63,783 bases of DNA from Cytophagales bacterium (lineage in GTDB: Bacteria; Bacteroidota; Bacteroidia; Cytophagales; Cyclobacteriaceae): contig JBBSCN010000001.1 of the NCBI GenBank assembly GCA_038250265.1, forward strand, positions 1 to 63,783, given 5' to 3'. The notes below the pieces were generated by a model that worked only from the letters and a program-made list of their open reading frames with translations, did no database searches and had not been told where the DNA came from. Of the stretch, positions 8,856 through 20,900 are shown piece by piece. Numbering within the stretch: the stretch's first letter is position 1; every line of letters starts with the position of its first letter. Position numbers and translations under genes: made by a program.

Positions 8856-9932
8856 CTATTGTGGGTAAAACACCATTACTACCGTTTCTACCGCCCCTGC
8901 GCTGGTAATATCTGGCCGACTATATCTTACCACCAGCGATGTGTTTTTTAATTCCACAACCTCGTAAATATATCCCGCTTCCGCTGGCTTTACATCTCCT
9001 ATATACGTGCCCCCCAGATCAAGTTGAAATTCCGTAAACGATTTGCGTACCAATCTCCAAAACCCGGGGTCTCTCGCAGGATAAGGCCTACACTCATTAC
9101 CCTCCTCTAGTATTCGAGCATCAAGTTGATTGTTATTCAAATAATCTCCTGTTGGCTTGAAGGTATAGACATCATTAAGTTCACAGCTTTGCAATGTAGA
9201 GGTGTAAGCCACTGACCCACCTCTTATAATGTAATAGGTTCCTTGTGGGTTCGCGAAAGCCGGAGAGGTATAATTGCCTGTTCCAAATATCCATGACTTG
9301 CCAACGGCCACATTTCCGTGTAAAAACCGCTCATCTAAAACAACCACTGTAAAACGGGACGTGTTGCTTCTAGAATCATCTGCATTATAAACTGTCAATC
9401 CCACTCGATACGACCCCGGTGTGGAGTAAGTATGTGAAATTGGATTCGATGAAATAGAGGTAAGCCCATCGCCAAAGTCCCACTCATAGCGAGCCGCGTT
9501 AATCGAATTATTCGTTAACTTAACTTGCAAACTACTGGAAATATTTTCAAAAGAAATAGCAAATAAAGCTTTGGGAATAGGTGGCCCTGTTACTACAATT
9601 GATTCCGTTTTAGTGTTTATGCCTGCCTTATTAATAGAAATCAAACTCACTTTATAAGTACCATATTCTAAATAGGTGGCTTCTGCATTGGGTGTATAAG
9701 CAAAAGTATTGTTACCAAAATCCCACACATAGCTTTCTGCATTTTTTGAAGTAGCTGCCAAACTTACCGCTGCCACATAATTTGCACCGGCAGGCACCGT
9801 GCGCTGAATTTGATAGATAAAATCAGAGATAGGCAAAGCCCCGGGGTCAGGCTTGGAAATATCATTGTTACAAGCCGTGTTTAATAAAACCGAGGCAACG
9901 AATAGTGCAATATGATGGCTTTTAAATTTCAT
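8856..9932 (-). CDS. PKD-domain surface lipoprotein
   Basis: Lipobox NTAC; two PKD repeats (YVWDFGN, YEWDFGDG..HTY..PG.Y.V.LTV); lies downstream of susD. Confidence 0.88.
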   Translation of the reverse strand: MKFKSHHIALFVASVLLNTACNNDISKPDPGALPISDFIYQIQRTVPAGANYVAAVSLAATSKNAESYVWDFGNNTFAYTPNAEATYLEYGTYKVSLISINKAGINTKTESIVVTGPPIPKALFAISFENISSSLQVKLTNNSINAARYEWDFGDGLTSISSNPISHTYSTPGSYRVGLTVYNADDSRSNTSRFTVVVLDERFLHGNVAVGKSWIFGTGNYTSPAFANPQGTYYIIRGGSVAYTSTLQSCELNDVYTFKPTGDYLNNNQLDARILEEGNECRPYPARDPGFWRLVRKSFTEFQLDLGGTYIGDVKPAEAGYIYEVVELKNTSLVVRYSRPDITSAGAVETVVMVFYPQ

Positions 9933-9946
9933 GGAAAATAGTGTGA

Positions 9947-11452
9947 TTAATTATAACCAGGATTCTGGACCAATAACGAGTTGACTATAATTTCCCCTTG
10001 CGGAATAGGGAAAAGTAATTTTTCGGGGCTAGTTAACCCAACCGCATCCATTGCTTTCGTAGTACCGTCCATGGCATCATACCGCAGCAAATCAAACCAC
10101 CGATGGCCTTCAAACATCAACTCGCGCCTACGTTCTTCACGGATTGCCTGCCTGAATTTTAATTGAGTATCAAAAGTGACCAGTGAATACGGTGCAATTC
10201 CGGACACGGGACCATTTGTAAAATTGGGATCTGCTGCCCTTGATCTTAGTGTATTGATGTAACCGAGCGCTTCTGAACTCGGATAACTTAATTCATTCAA
10301 CGCTTCGGCCATAATAAGATAGCATTCTGTTAATCTCATCGGAATAAAATTAAAAGGATTAGCCGCATCCCACCAAGGAAAAGAGTTAGCGTATTTTAAG
10401 GCATAAATCTGAGCCGGTGTTCCTACGACCTGCGACATTGAAAACTCTTTTCGGACGTCTTTCCTGTTCGTGTTGCTTCCTTCAAATAAGTTGAACGCAT
10501 CTATCGTAGCTCCTCTTCTGGGGGCACCATCTTGATGAAACCAAGAATAGCCACCATTGTTGTTAAATTCACCTGGACCTCTCTTGGTCTGAATTTCCAA
10601 AATTGACTCGGACGAGTTTTGAGATGCTAAATTGCTTGAAGAGAAAATGGTTGTCCATTTTCTGGTCAGGGTGAATTGCCCGCTACCAACAATTTCCTTG
10701 CACTTATCTATCGACTTTTGCCATTCCTTTCGTTGCAAGAAAATACGCGCTGCCAATAATTTAGCTGCTCCTTTTGTGGCTCGCCCTTTAGATTGAACTA
10801 CTTGATCTTCTGCAATAGTTGCAAGGTTGTTATGCTGCCAAGGAAGGTATTTATCTGCATAGGCCAAGTCAGCCATTACAGTATCCATCACCTGAGCCTT
10901 GGGTGTGCGTGCCACTTGGTTTTTTGCAGGATCAGAACTGGTAGGGAACTGGGTTACTAGAGGCACGTCCCCAAAAAATTGAGTTAGATTGTAATAAATA
11001 TAAGCTCTCAAAAATTTAGCCTCTCCCAATATCTCATACTTCCTGTTAAACTGGCCGGCTGCGGGCCTACCAAAAAGCCCCTCATCCATGGAGGGCACTC
11101 GGCCCATCAGTAAATTAAGTGAGGCAAGAGCATTATAGCTATCATTCCACAAGCCGCCCGCATCACCGTTGTTTCTGTCCATAATCGGTCTGAACATCAG
11201 CGCATCGCTTTGGCGTCCATCTATCGGTGCTGTCAAGTCATCAGAAGATCGATTGTTAAAAAATATGAAATTAACGGCCGGACTGTTGAAGGTAGTAATA
11301 TATCCACCTATAAGCCCAGACTCCGCATCACTGGCTGTGGAATAAAATTTAGCAAGATCAATTCTATCATTGGGTGCTAGGTCAATTACCTCGCACGTTG
11401 AAAAAGATAGCATTAAAAATAGAGTGACTACAATTATTTTAATTTTCTTCAT
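9947..11452 (-). CDS. susD: RagB/SusD family nutrient-binding lipoprotein
   Basis: GEAKFLRAYIYYNL..FGDVPL, GRATKGAA, ERRRELMFEGHRWFDL, QNPGY. Confidence 0.96.
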   Translation of the reverse strand: MKKIKIIVVTLFLMLSFSTCEVIDLAPNDRIDLAKFYSTASDAESGLIGGYITTFNSPAVNFIFFNNRSSDDLTAPIDGRQSDALMFRPIMDRNNGDAGGLWNDSYNALASLNLLMGRVPSMDEGLFGRPAAGQFNRKYEILGEAKFLRAYIYYNLTQFFGDVPLVTQFPTSSDPAKNQVARTPKAQVMDTVMADLAYADKYLPWQHNNLATIAEDQVVQSKGRATKGAAKLLAARIFLQRKEWQKSIDKCKEIVGSGQFTLTRKWTTIFSSSNLASQNSSESILEIQTKRGPGEFNNNGGYSWFHQDGAPRRGATIDAFNLFEGSNTNRKDVRKEFSMSQVVGTPAQIYALKYANSFPWWDAANPFNFIPMRLTECYLIMAEALNELSYPSSEALGYINTLRSRAADPNFTNGPVSGIAPYSLVTFDTQLKFRQAIREERRRELMFEGHRWFDLLRYDAMDGTTKAMDAVGLTSPEKLLFPIPQGEIIVNSLLVQNPGYN

Positions 11453-11479
11453 AAAAATTTCGATATTAAAAAATGAGCT

Positions 11480-14400
11480 CTATAATCCGATATTAACACC
11501 CATAATAAATGTTCTGGCCTGTGGATAGGTCCCATCATCTATGCCGACTCCAATATTAGTAAATGCCCCACTATGATTTACTTCCGGATCAAACCCAGAA
11601 TACTTTGTAAAAGTGAGAAGATTGTTCATCGTCATGTAAAATCGGAAAGAGTTTAGCTTCTTATTCTTTAACCATGCTGACGGTAAGTTGTAACTTAGAC
11701 TTACGTTTTTTAACCTCAAATAAGATCCATCTTCCAAATTTTGATCGGTGGGCACACCTGCATCAGATAAATTAGGCAGGGTTGCGTTGGTGTAATCGAT
11801 ACCGGGGAAAGTTGCAATATCACCGGGCTTTGTCCAACGCCCAAGTGCTTCTGTTGACAGGTTAGTTCCAATTCTGCTAATATTAGACTTACCAACCCCT
11901 TGAACAAATCCTCTGGTATTGTTGATCAGCATATTACCATAAGACCATTGGAAAAATACACTCAGTTCAAAATTTTTGTAACTGAAATTGTTAGTAAATC
12001 CACCTATATGAACCGGGAATGGAGAGCCGACCACCGTTAGATCGCCTTCATCGCGTCTACCATTTTCATTTAGGTCTTTGATCCTTCTGAAGCCAGTGGC
12101 CGGATCAACCGTTTTTTCTAACTGATAAAGTTGAATGGCAATTGGCTGCCCTGGCCTTGCAATATGTGAAAACCCGAAAAGGCCAGAATTGAAACTGGCA
12201 TCAATGGATTTGACTTGGTTGAAAGAAATATTAAAACTTGACGTCCAAGTAAGCTTATTGGTCTTTAATACATTGCCAGAAATGGCAAACTCTATCCCTC
12301 TATTTTCCATACTTCCAACATTTCTTAAAGCACCCCCAAACCCTGTGGTGCGGGGAAGTGGTACTCCGATAAGAAGGTCACTTGTTTGGCGGTTGTAATA
12401 ATCTACGGTAAGATTAAATCTATCAAGCAACCTCACATCAAGCCCTACATCTAGCTGAGCCGTTTGCTCCCATGAGTAGCTTTCATTTTGAATCGAATTT
12501 GGCAGCGCTCCATTGTAGCCAATATAGTTTGTTGGAGCAAATCGCCCCGAAGCCCTCCAATTGAACGGGGGTATTTGGTCATTGCCTGTAATGCCATAAC
12601 TCGTGCGGAGTTTTAGATCGCTAACTATTTGATTGGCGGGGAAAAACTTTTCGCTTGAGACCATCCATCCCAAAGACGCGGAGGGAAAAAATGCAAATTT
12701 CCGATCAGGCCCAAAGCGCGAAGACCCATCTACTCGGGCAGAAACCGTAGCAAAGTAGCGTTTATCGTAATCATAAAACGCGCGACCAAAGTAAGAGCGC
12801 ATGCCCCACGAATTGTCTGCATCGGAATAAGGTGTGAGATAACGAGTACTGGCGCCAAAGGTGGTAAAACCCAACACGGTAATGCCGGTCACAGAAGTCC
12901 AATAGCCGTCATTTTTAGAAGAAGACATTTCAAACCCAGCTTGCGTACCTAAACTATGCTTAGTATTCGAGAAAGTAGGCTTGTAAGTGAGTACGTTATT
13001 CGTATTCCACAACAATTCACGAAAGCTTCTTTTTGTCAATGTGCCTCCACTTGCGGAAGGTGAACCAGGAGCGGGAGCAATCAAATTGGTTTCGTTCTCA
13101 TCGCGTACATCGGCACCCCACACAGTTCTAAAACTCAGGCCTTTGAGCAGTTCAAATTCGGCAAAAATATTACCCAAAACGCGAATGCCGGAGTTCTTTA
13201 TTTCACCTACTCTAGCAATCGCAACCGGGTTTTGAAAAGCCGAGAGCGAATCACTGGCATAGCCCGAACCATCAGGTTTAAATACAGGTATTAGCGGACT
13301 ATAAACGAGAGCCGAGCCTATTACACTGGGGCCGAAAGCGGAATTGCCATTGAAATTGTCTTGTACGTTGGCTCCTCCGTTATTTCTTAACCTTAAATTG
13401 TTGCTAAACGTAAAAGCTAAATTGGTACCTACTTTTATTTTATCGTTTATTTTGTAATCTAAATTAGTGCGGTAACTAAAGCGGTCAAAGCCAGAATTGA
13501 TTACTATACCTTCCTGCTTGAAATATGACGATGACACGAAGTATTGGATTTTTTCATTTCCGCCCGATGTGGATATAGCGGCCTGTAATTGGGGCGCTAC
13601 TTGGAAAATTTCATTTTGCCAATCTGTATTGTAGGGTGTTTCTTTAATAAACGAGGGAACCCCCGGCCTAGAACGAGCCATTCCTTCATTCACTACTGAG
13701 GCAAATTGAGTGGCATTTAAAAGATCATATCTTTTGCCTAGGCTTTGCAGGCCATAATAAAAATCAAAATTGAAGGTCTGCCGGTTTGATTTTCCGCGCT
13801 TGGTAGTAATTACCACTACACCGTTGGCCGCCCTTGCGCCATAAATACTGGTGGAAGCTGCATCTTTTAAAATAGTAATAGATTCTATATCGTCTGAGTT
13901 GATACCCGCCATTCCATTGACTACCTCGTTACCCGCTCTGCTGCCGCCATTTGAGTCGGGAGGGCCTGTGGTGCCTGAAAATGTATTATTTATAGCTATG
14001 CCATCCACTACATAAAGCGGTTCTTGATTCCCGGTAAAGGATGCCGTTCCCCTTACCCTAACCGAGACACCACCCCCAGGGGCACCCGTATTTTTTATTA
14101 CTTGAACGCCCGCGGCCCTTCCTTGAATAGCTTGATCTAAACTGGCTACAGGAATTTTTAAAATATCTTCTGCGCTGATGACTGAGACGGAAGTAGTTAG
14201 ATCTCTTCTCGATTGTTCGGTATTGTAGCCCAAAACAACAACTTCACCGAGCTCTTGTTGGTCTTCGCGCATGACTACATTGATAATCTGCCGGCCCATT
14301 ACTTCCTCCTGAACTGGCTTGTAGCCGATAAAAGAAAAAATCAATTTGTCACGCAGCTCGCAAACTATAGTATAATTTCCATCCGCATCCGTAATTGTCC

Positions 14401-14548
14401 CCCTGCTTGTTCCTTTAACAACTATATTCAGCCCCGGTATGGATGCCTTTTGGATATCAGTAACTCTACCCGTGACGGTAATGGCCTGAGAAAAAGAAGT
14501 TGAGCAAAAAGAAATAAAGAACACACCTGCGAGTAAATATCGTATCAT
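11480..14548 (-). CDS. susC: SusC/RagA TonB-dependent transporter
   Basis: N-terminal CarboxypepD-like domain, PLYVVDG, DIESITILKDAASTSIYGARAANGVVVITTK, C-terminal YPQARTF. Confidence 0.97.
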   Translation of the reverse strand: MIRYLLAGVFFISFCSTSFSQAITVTGRVTDIQKASIPGLNIVVKGTSRGTITDADGNYTIVCELRDKLIFSFIGYKPVQEEVMGRQIINVVMREDQQELGEVVVLGYNTEQSRRDLTTSVSVISAEDILKIPVASLDQAIQGRAAGVQVIKNTGAPGGGVSVRVRGTASFTGNQEPLYVVDGIAINNTFSGTTGPPDSNGGSRAGNEVVNGMAGINSDDIESITILKDAASTSIYGARAANGVVVITTKRGKSNRQTFNFDFYYGLQSLGKRYDLLNATQFASVVNEGMARSRPGVPSFIKETPYNTDWQNEIFQVAPQLQAAISTSGGNEKIQYFVSSSYFKQEGIVINSGFDRFSYRTNLDYKINDKIKVGTNLAFTFSNNLRLRNNGGANVQDNFNGNSAFGPSVIGSALVYSPLIPVFKPDGSGYASDSLSAFQNPVAIARVGEIKNSGIRVLGNIFAEFELLKGLSFRTVWGADVRDENETNLIAPAPGSPSASGGTLTKRSFRELLWNTNNVLTYKPTFSNTKHSLGTQAGFEMSSSKNDGYWTSVTGITVLGFTTFGASTRYLTPYSDADNSWGMRSYFGRAFYDYDKRYFATVSARVDGSSRFGPDRKFAFFPSASLGWMVSSEKFFPANQIVSDLKLRTSYGITGNDQIPPFNWRASGRFAPTNYIGYNGALPNSIQNESYSWEQTAQLDVGLDVRLLDRFNLTVDYYNRQTSDLLIGVPLPRTTGFGGALRNVGSMENRGIEFAISGNVLKTNKLTWTSSFNISFNQVKSIDASFNSGLFGFSHIARPGQPIAIQLYQLEKTVDPATGFRRIKDLNENGRRDEGDLTVVGSPFPVHIGGFTNNFSYKNFELSVFFQWSYGNMLINNTRGFVQGVGKSNISRIGTNLSTEALGRWTKPGDIATFPGIDYTNATLPNLSDAGVPTDQNLEDGSYLRLKNVSLSYNLPSAWLKNKKLNSFRFYMTMNNLLTFTKYSGFDPEVNHSGAFTNIGVGIDDGTYPQARTFIMGVNIGL

Positions 14549-14670
14549 AGAAAAAATTTAACAGGTAAAAATAGGCTTCTTTATACAATCGTTTGCTGAA
14601 AAAAATGTGTGGAAAAGGAGTTTTACAGGTCTTTATACGGATAAATAACAACCGATAAGCAATTTAGTTG

Positions 14671-17600
14671 CTACCAATCCAGTACTAAAAGTCTCAGTTT
14701 ACTTCTCGCTGCGCCAACCAGCAGGCCTGCTTTGTTGCCATTTAGTTTGATTAATTTGATGGTTTTTAATTCTGAATGTAAACGAAATTGATCTTTTAGA
14801 CTTAAAGAATGTGCTTTCACTAATTCGTGACTGTTGAATTCAATGCTTTTATATATCATTAGTCCAGCAAAAGCATCAAAAGAGCCGCTGACTACTTCCG
14901 TCTCTAACCGATTGCCGCCAATAAGGTATTCGTTAGTTCCATTGTTGTTAAAAGCTTGGATTGTTTGGATGGGTGCCGCTTGAAGCGACTCAGGGAAGGG
15001 CGTAAACTGAAATTGACCATCGCCCTTGTTGAGACAGATGCCCGAAGCCGTGGTTGTTGCCTTTAGTTGATAGGCATTAGCGCGTTGTTCCTTTGTAAAA
15101 ATTTCCTCTAAGCCCGCTGTTGAAAAGTCTCTGTAGGTGGTAAACCGTTTTTTCATAAAGGGCAGTTGATCCGAAAGCATATCGCGCGAGGCAACTGGGA
15201 ACAGTTTATCCCCGATGGGTCTGAAAAGAATAGGATCGAAACTTCCATTCTTATCAAAATCATTGGATACCAATACGGCTGGGGCATCATTATCAATTTT
15301 TAAATAGGTGTTGCTGCCCAAATTACCAACTAAGAAATCGACATCACCGTCATTATCTAAATCCGTTGGCTCAATCACATTCCAAAAACCAAGGTTTTTT
15401 TGCAGGCCATTTTTAGTTTTAATTAATCTGCCTTTTTTATTGATGAAGGTGGTGATAGCCATCCAATCACCACCGATGGTGAGGTCAGGCCACCCGTCTT
15501 TATTTATATCCGCCCATACGGCAGAGCGTACGATTCCGATGGTTGATAGGTTAGCAACATCTGAAGACACATCTACAAACCTGCCTCCTTCATTTTTTAA
15601 AAGAAAACTTTTGTCGGGCAAGGGATACCTTCCGGGATAAATGCTGCCGCCAATAAAAATATCATGGTCGCCATCTTGATCGTAATCAGCCGCTGCCACA
15701 CAAGCTGCATTGGTTTGGATAAAAGGAAGAGAATTGTGTGAGCGCTCAAAATTTCCAATGCCATCATTTAAGTACAAGCGGGGTTGGTAGAGCGGCATGC
15801 CCGGAAAAAATTCGTTGCTCCCACTCACCACTATCAAATCATTATCGCCATCACGGTCTGCATCAAAAAAGGTCGCGCCTGTATCTTCAAAGTCAGCTTC
15901 CGACAGGGGCATTTCTTTTTTGACAAAAGACCCCGTGCGCAATTGAATAAAACATGTGCCCAAATACCCCGCGCTTCCACCCACAAAAAAATCTTCTAAG
16001 GAGTCGTTGTTGATATCACCAACGGCTATTGTCGGGCCTGTGTCCGAATACTTCCAAGGTAAAAGCGGCTGAAAACTAAAATCGGAATATTCTTTTTCTT
16101 GGTGGGTGTAAATGACGTTGAGACTATCCGAAATATCAATCCATTGTGCCGTTGGCTTTAGAAGAATGGGAGGCTGATCTACAATAGATTCAGTATAACG
16201 AAGTACTAAGGATTGATCTACTACTAGATTTTCCAACACCTGTTTTCGATCATCGGGCCAAGTGACTGTTAATTTTTTTATTTTGGTTGATGCCCCAACA
16301 CCGACAACAATGTTTTGCGAAACCGAGGAGAGATAGCCTCTCACCAAATGCTTTTCGTAATACTGGATATCTTTATCTGTCTCGATCATCAACTTAGCAC
16401 CTTCCCCAAATAAGTTTTTTAAATCTCCCTCAAACGAAATTTTGAGATAATGATTTCCGGAAGTTTTGTGGTTCAACTGATTTTCAAAAAGAAAAACTTT
16501 GTCGTTTAGGTTGTTCACCAGCAAATCATAATCTCCATCATTATCAAGATCAGCGTATGCGGCCCCATTGGAAAAACTTGGATAGGCAAGCCCTTCTTCA
16601 TTCGCTTCGTCTAAAAAAGTGAACTGTTCGCTTTGCATAAAAAGTACATTATTCAATTTAGCTCCTGGCAAATCATCCAACGCTTTATTAATTGCCACTC
16701 GCTCTTTTCCCTCCTCAATTCGCCCATGCCTGTTGTGATACGAATAAAGCGCAAAATCGCGATCGGTAATATTTTTTAAATAACCGTTGGTGATGTAAAG
16801 GTCTTTCCTGCCATCGTTGTTATAGTCGGCTGACAACACCGCCCAGCTCCAATCGGTTTGATGAATGTTCGCCAATCTGCCGATTTCACTAAAAGATTTA
16901 TTGCCCGTATTTATTTGTAAGGTGTTGCGCATGAACTGCGGAATATAGCCCATCTGCTGAGCCAACTTAAAGCGTTCATATTCCATCGGGCCGCTCAATA
17001 ATTTTTGCCGTTCATTATCGGGTGGCAACATATCCAACACCACTACATCGGTGAACCCATCATTGTTGAAGTCGGCCACATCAGTACCCATAGAAAACTG
17101 ACTGGTTTGCTGTAACCATTGCTTGGCCACTTCAGAAAAAGTACCGTCTTTTTTATTAATGTAAAGTAGATCGTTGTAGATATAGTCGTTGGCCACATAG
17201 AGGTCTGGCCAATTGTCATTATTAAAATCTCCTACACCCACTCCAAGCCCATATCCTTCAACAGTAATGCCCGCCTTCTTTGAAACATCTTTGAAAAAAT
17301 CGCCTTCACGCTGAAAAAGTTTGTCGGTGCTATGCCCCAACCCATTGCGCATGATAGGTGTGATGGTCTGCGAATCGCGATCTCCGTTTGAGTGATTGAG
17401 CAAATACATATCCAAATCACCATCTTTATCGTAATCAAAGAAAACCGCTTGTGTGGAATAGCCTCCATCGGCTAAGCCATACTTTGCCGCTTGCTCGGAA
17501 AAGGTATTATCCTGGTTGTTTACGAAAAGAAGATTGCGCCTCTTGAGTGAATCGGTATGCCCTGAGACACACACATAGATATCAAGAAACCCATCGAAGT

Positions 17601-17958
17601 TAATGTCCGTCATGGTAACGCCTGTGCACCATTGGTCAGTAGTAACACCCGAAGCGTTAGTTATTTCTTCAAACTGCAACATGCCCTTATTGATATAAAG
17701 AGCCGATGAAACTGTATTGCCGGTAAAAAAGACATCTTCAAGCCCGTCATTGTTAATGTCACCTACGGCTACTCCCCCACCGTTATAGACATATTCAAAA
17801 CGCGACACATTGAATTCTTCGTTTTCTGTAAGTGTGTTAGAGAAATTGATATTGGAGGTGGCCGAGTCTATTTTCTTAAACAAAGGTTTTTTGAAATCAC
17901 ACCCCGCCAAAAAGCAAGCGACCAACAGAAAGTTAAAACAAGTCTTTAAAAAATTCAT
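14671..17958 (-). CDS. VCBS/FG-GAP repeat and ASPIC/UnbV (CRTAC1-like) lipoprotein
   Basis: Lipobox LAGC; YNGGGVAVGDINNDG; many DxDxDGxxD repeats; RGYLSSV...VTWPD (ASPIC-UnbV). Confidence 0.92.
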   Translation of the reverse strand: MNFLKTCFNFLLVACFLAGCDFKKPLFKKIDSATSNINFSNTLTENEEFNVSRFEYVYNGGGVAVGDINNDGLEDVFFTGNTVSSALYINKGMLQFEEITNASGVTTDQWCTGVTMTDINFDGFLDIYVCVSGHTDSLKRRNLLFVNNQDNTFSEQAAKYGLADGGYSTQAVFFDYDKDGDLDMYLLNHSNGDRDSQTITPIMRNGLGHSTDKLFQREGDFFKDVSKKAGITVEGYGLGVGVGDFNNDNWPDLYVANDYIYNDLLYINKKDGTFSEVAKQWLQQTSQFSMGTDVADFNNDGFTDVVVLDMLPPDNERQKLLSGPMEYERFKLAQQMGYIPQFMRNTLQINTGNKSFSEIGRLANIHQTDWSWAVLSADYNNDGRKDLYITNGYLKNITDRDFALYSYHNRHGRIEEGKERVAINKALDDLPGAKLNNVLFMQSEQFTFLDEANEEGLAYPSFSNGAAYADLDNDGDYDLLVNNLNDKVFLFENQLNHKTSGNHYLKISFEGDLKNLFGEGAKLMIETDKDIQYYEKHLVRGYLSSVSQNIVVGVGASTKIKKLTVTWPDDRKQVLENLVVDQSLVLRYTESIVDQPPILLKPTAQWIDISDSLNVIYTHQEKEYSDFSFQPLLPWKYSDTGPTIAVGDINNDSLEDFFVGGSAGYLGTCFIQLRTGSFVKKEMPLSEADFEDTGATFFDADRDGDNDLIVVSGSNEFFPGMPLYQPRLYLNDGIGNFERSHNSLPFIQTNAACVAAADYDQDGDHDIFIGGSIYPGRYPLPDKSFLLKNEGGRFVDVSSDVANLSTIGIVRSAVWADINKDGWPDLTIGGDWMAITTFINKKGRLIKTKNGLQKNLGFWNVIEPTDLDNDGDVDFLVGNLGSNTYLKIDNDAPAVLVSNDFDKNGSFDPILFRPIGDKLFPVASRDMLSDQLPFMKKRFTTYRDFSTAGLEEIFTKEQRANAYQLKATTTASGICLNKGDGQFQFTPFPESLQAAPIQTIQAFNNNGTNEYLIGGNRLETEVVSGSFDAFAGLMIYKSIEFNSHELVKAHSLSLKDQFRLHSELKTIKLIKLNGNKAGLLVGAARSKLRLLVLDW

Positions 17959-20900
17959 TTACCAAGAATAAAAACCTGTAGCAGGTCATTGTTATTGGCA
18001 ACTAACAGAGCCGTTTTTCCATTAGCCAATTTTAAAAGCGCAATATCCTTTACATCACCCGTGGCAGATAGACCACTTTGTACAGGAGTAACAGGCGAAA
18101 ATATGTGATCGGATGAGCCCTTCAATAATAATCCATTGCCCGCATCATAGCGACCCAATTCTACCGAAGAAGAAAAATTATTTCCAGCTATCAACAGATC
18201 GGTGATTTGATCGTGATTAAAATCAGTTACGATAATCCCATTAACGGGTGACATTTGCGCCAAAAGTGGAAGCGCTTGCTGTCTAAATTTGCCCGCCTCG
18301 TTTATAAAAATGGACGATGCCAACGTAGTTGCTTCTAAGCGAACGGCCTTATCTAATTGATCTTTTCCAAAAACCTCCTCTACTGACGAGGCCGCATACT
18401 TCTCAAACTTCACAAACTTTTTATTGATAGATGGCATTTGCGTAACCAGTATTTCCTTCCTCACCCAGGGCCATTGTTTTCCTTGATTGTAATAACATAG
18501 AATCGCTTCAATACTTTTATTGTTATCAAAGTCAGCTGCATATAAAGTAAGTGGTTCGGTAGCGCTGGCTTTCAATTGGCTATTCAATCCGAGATTACCT
18601 GCAACGATATCCAAATCAGTATCGCCATCTACATCGGCAATAGCAATTGAATTCCACCAACCCCGTGTATTTGTCAATCCATATTGCGCTGTTACTTCGC
18701 TCAATTGCTTTCCGTTTTCGTTTTTGAATAGGGTAATTGGCATCCATTCGCCCACTAGTACCAATTCTTCAAACCCATCTTTATCCAAATCTGCCCAGCG
18801 CGCATCTGTAACAAGACCGATGTTTGCCAGCTTTGGCGATATAGTTGCTGTTACATCTTTGAAATAGCCTTTATTGTTTTGCAGAACATAACTTCTAGGT
18901 GCTTCTGGGTAGCGACCAGGCACAATCCTGCCGCCCACAAAAAGATCAAGGTCTCCATCACGGTCGAAATCACATGCTCTTACGCACGAGCCGCTTCCCG
19001 TTTCAACTGGCAAGCGTTTGGCGTCCCGCTGAAAAATTCCTTTGCCATCATTAATATAAAGCCTATCTTGATAATTGGGAGAGCCCTTGTCGAACTCACT
19101 GCCTCCGCTTACCACGTATAAATCTTGGTCGCCATCATTGTCTGCATCGAAGAAAACAGCGCCCATATCTTCATAAACCGAATCGGCTTCCAGTTCTGCT
19201 TGTTTGGTTTTGAGAAAAGTAGAATTGGGTTGTTGGATAAATAATGCCCCTGACGAGAATGCCGCGCCACCAATATAAAAATCATCTAAGCTATCTCCGT
19301 TGATATCGGCCACTGAAATAAACGGCCCTAGCTGCGAGAATTTGTGCGGCAACAAAGGCTCACGCTTAAAGTCTATGAATTCATTTTCTTGATGCCGAAA
19401 AAAGATTTGCGTTTCTTTTTCTCCTTTCGTGAAGAGAGGCGTTGGTGTATTCATTTTAAACCTACGCTTGTCAGCGGATGAGTTCTCGTATTCAATTTCC
19501 AAAAGCTGATCGGCTTTTACGTTTCTCATCAATTCGGTGCGTTGATCAGGCCAAGTAACGCGCAGCGAATCAACGGCAACCGATTTGCCCAAACCAAAAT
19601 GAAGCCGCGGCTCTACTGATGATAAAAACCCCCGGGTAATTTTTAATTCTGATAGTTGCTTTTCTCCACCAGCATATACCATCACCTTAGCACCAACGCC
19701 AGAACGATTTTTTGCTGGTCCGTCCAGTTTGATTTTTAAAAAATGATTCTCAAGTGCCTGCACAGTTTCGTTGCGATACAGCAGTGGCTTCTCATCCAAA
19801 TTACTCATCACAATATCCAAATCACCATCGTTGTCAAAATCTGCATAAGCAGCACCGTTAGTAAATGTTTTGGCAGTAAACCCCCAATCGCTAGAAACAT
19901 TTTTGAACGTAAGGTCTTTGTTGTTTTGAAAAAGATAGTTTTGGATTTTAGTAGAGGGCATGTTCTCGATCCACTGCTTAAAGTTTTTAACCGACACAAA
20001 AGACTCACCCTTTTTTAGAGAACTCTCAATCGAATCGTTTTTGAATTTGATATACTCTGAATTGGTCATATCACGCCTAATGCCATTAGTAATCAATAGG
20101 TCTTTCCAACCATCGTTATCAAAATCAGCAAACAGCGAAGCCCAACTCCAGTCGGTACCGCCAACGCCTGCCATCAATGCTATGTCACTAAATGTGCCGT
20201 CACCATTATTCAACTGCAACACATTGCGCATAAGTTGATGGCCATAGCCATAACCCAAGAGTGTATTGTATCGCTCATACACCATAGAACTGGTCAACGA
20301 TTTTTGACGGAAGTTATCTTCCGGTAACATATCCATGGCCACTATATCTTCCAGCCCATCATTGTTAAAATCAGCTATATCCGTGCCCATACTATTCTGC
20401 GTAAAGTGGCGGAAGTAGGTATCTAATTGTTCAGAGAATGAACCATCCTTATTATTTACATACAAAAAATCTTTTTCCACAAAATCGTTTGCCACATAGA
20501 TATCGGGATAGGTATCATTATTAATGTCGATCACGCTGGCGCTCAGCCCAAAGCCCGAATTCCAAATACCGGCTTGTTGGCTCACATCTTTAAAAGTGCC
20601 GTTGCCCTCATTCCTAAAAAGTTTATCAGAATAAGAAGGTTTGTCGGGATCGGTTTTACGGCTCAATTTTTTATTGACATCCACTTTTAACCGCACGCGT
20701 GCAGCCAAAGCAAAATCAATAGGATGGTTAACCAAATAAAGATCAACATCGCCATCTTTATCATAGTCCAGAAAGGTAACATGCGTACTATATGATTGAT
20801 CTTCCAAGCCCATTTGGTGAGATTGCTCTGTAAACGTGAGGTCTTTATTGTTGATGTAAACCAGATTGGAGCGCACGACAGAATCGGGATGGTTGCTGCG